From Dipteris shenzhenensis (taxonomy: Eukaryota): 64,000 nucleotides of DNA. Within the stretch, counting starts at the first letter, position 1. The number at the start of each line of letters is the position of its first letter. The position numbers and the translations under genes are program-made. The notes beneath the pieces are model-generated. The model did no database searches. It saw only the letters and a list, made by a program, of their open reading frames with translations, and was not told where the DNA came from. Location: the NCBI GenBank assembly GCA_047967505.1, contig CM106538.1; one strand, 5' to 3'. Shown piece by piece: positions 63,616-64,000 of this stretch.

Positions 63616-64000
63616 TACAGAACACTGCAAAATATTCTGTCACTGCAAAGAACACAGCTTTTGCCTCACACGGGCAGATCTGCAAAACTGACGAAAGTGG
63701 TATTTCACCACACAGTCACTTCCTAGTGACGATTTTGCATCAACAGGCAACAGGCATGAATCTGCAACTCCCAATATCTCTGCACACAGGCATACAATGC
63801 AATTTCTGCGGCACCTTTCCACCGACTAGCCGCGCAGTGGTCGCACAGCAAAAAACAGGGCCTTTTTCTGAGTGCCTGCGAAGAACTTCCGCCTTCAAAA
63901 CGGGCCTCGAAACGGCCTCAAATCAGAAAAATAAAGTCACTGAGAGCTTTGCCCTCACCCGCAGCATATACTGCGCTCTCGCCACACCGCGAAGGGTGTC

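Larger units (their letters stand above)
58942..64000 (-). mobile_element. Ty1/Copia element I (family D); 5' LTR lies beyond the window edge
   Basis: 3' LTR 58942-59293, PPT 59294-59302; internal region highly similar to the reverse complement of D. Confidence 0.97.

Overview
Repeat-dense eukaryotic DNA, most consistent with a large-genome land plant. A fern or other non-flowering plant is my impression only and is not provable here. One apparently intact host gene is present: a 6-exon, 499-aa glycosyltransferase family 90 (rumi/POGLUT-like) gene on the minus strand at 49873-52235. The rest is mostly stacked transposons. A decayed Ty3/Gypsy element (from ~5200, possibly to ~35800) hosts two full-length Ty1/Copia insertions with TSDs (6281-11687; 12773-18255) and a Copia-in-Copia-in-Copia stack (21402-32862). 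A further Copia (38243-44035) sits inside another Copia and had most of its 5' LTR flipped by a later inversion. A near-intact Copia runs off the right edge (58942-64000). The most unusual region is 52.7-58.9 kb. It holds a decayed Pif1 helicase plus EEP endonuclease ORF (Helentron-like, no Rep visible) head-to-head with a spliced Mutator-like transposase, separated by a hairpin repeat array and a purine-rich tract. Other points of interest: a second aspartic protease behind the Gypsy integrase, a UNCG hairpin conserved between the pol stop and PPT in two Copia families, a 200-bp templated filler at a deletion, and a TG...CA TIR insertion with no TSD. All calls were made by eye with no database searches. 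Element labels (A, B, D-I) are mine.
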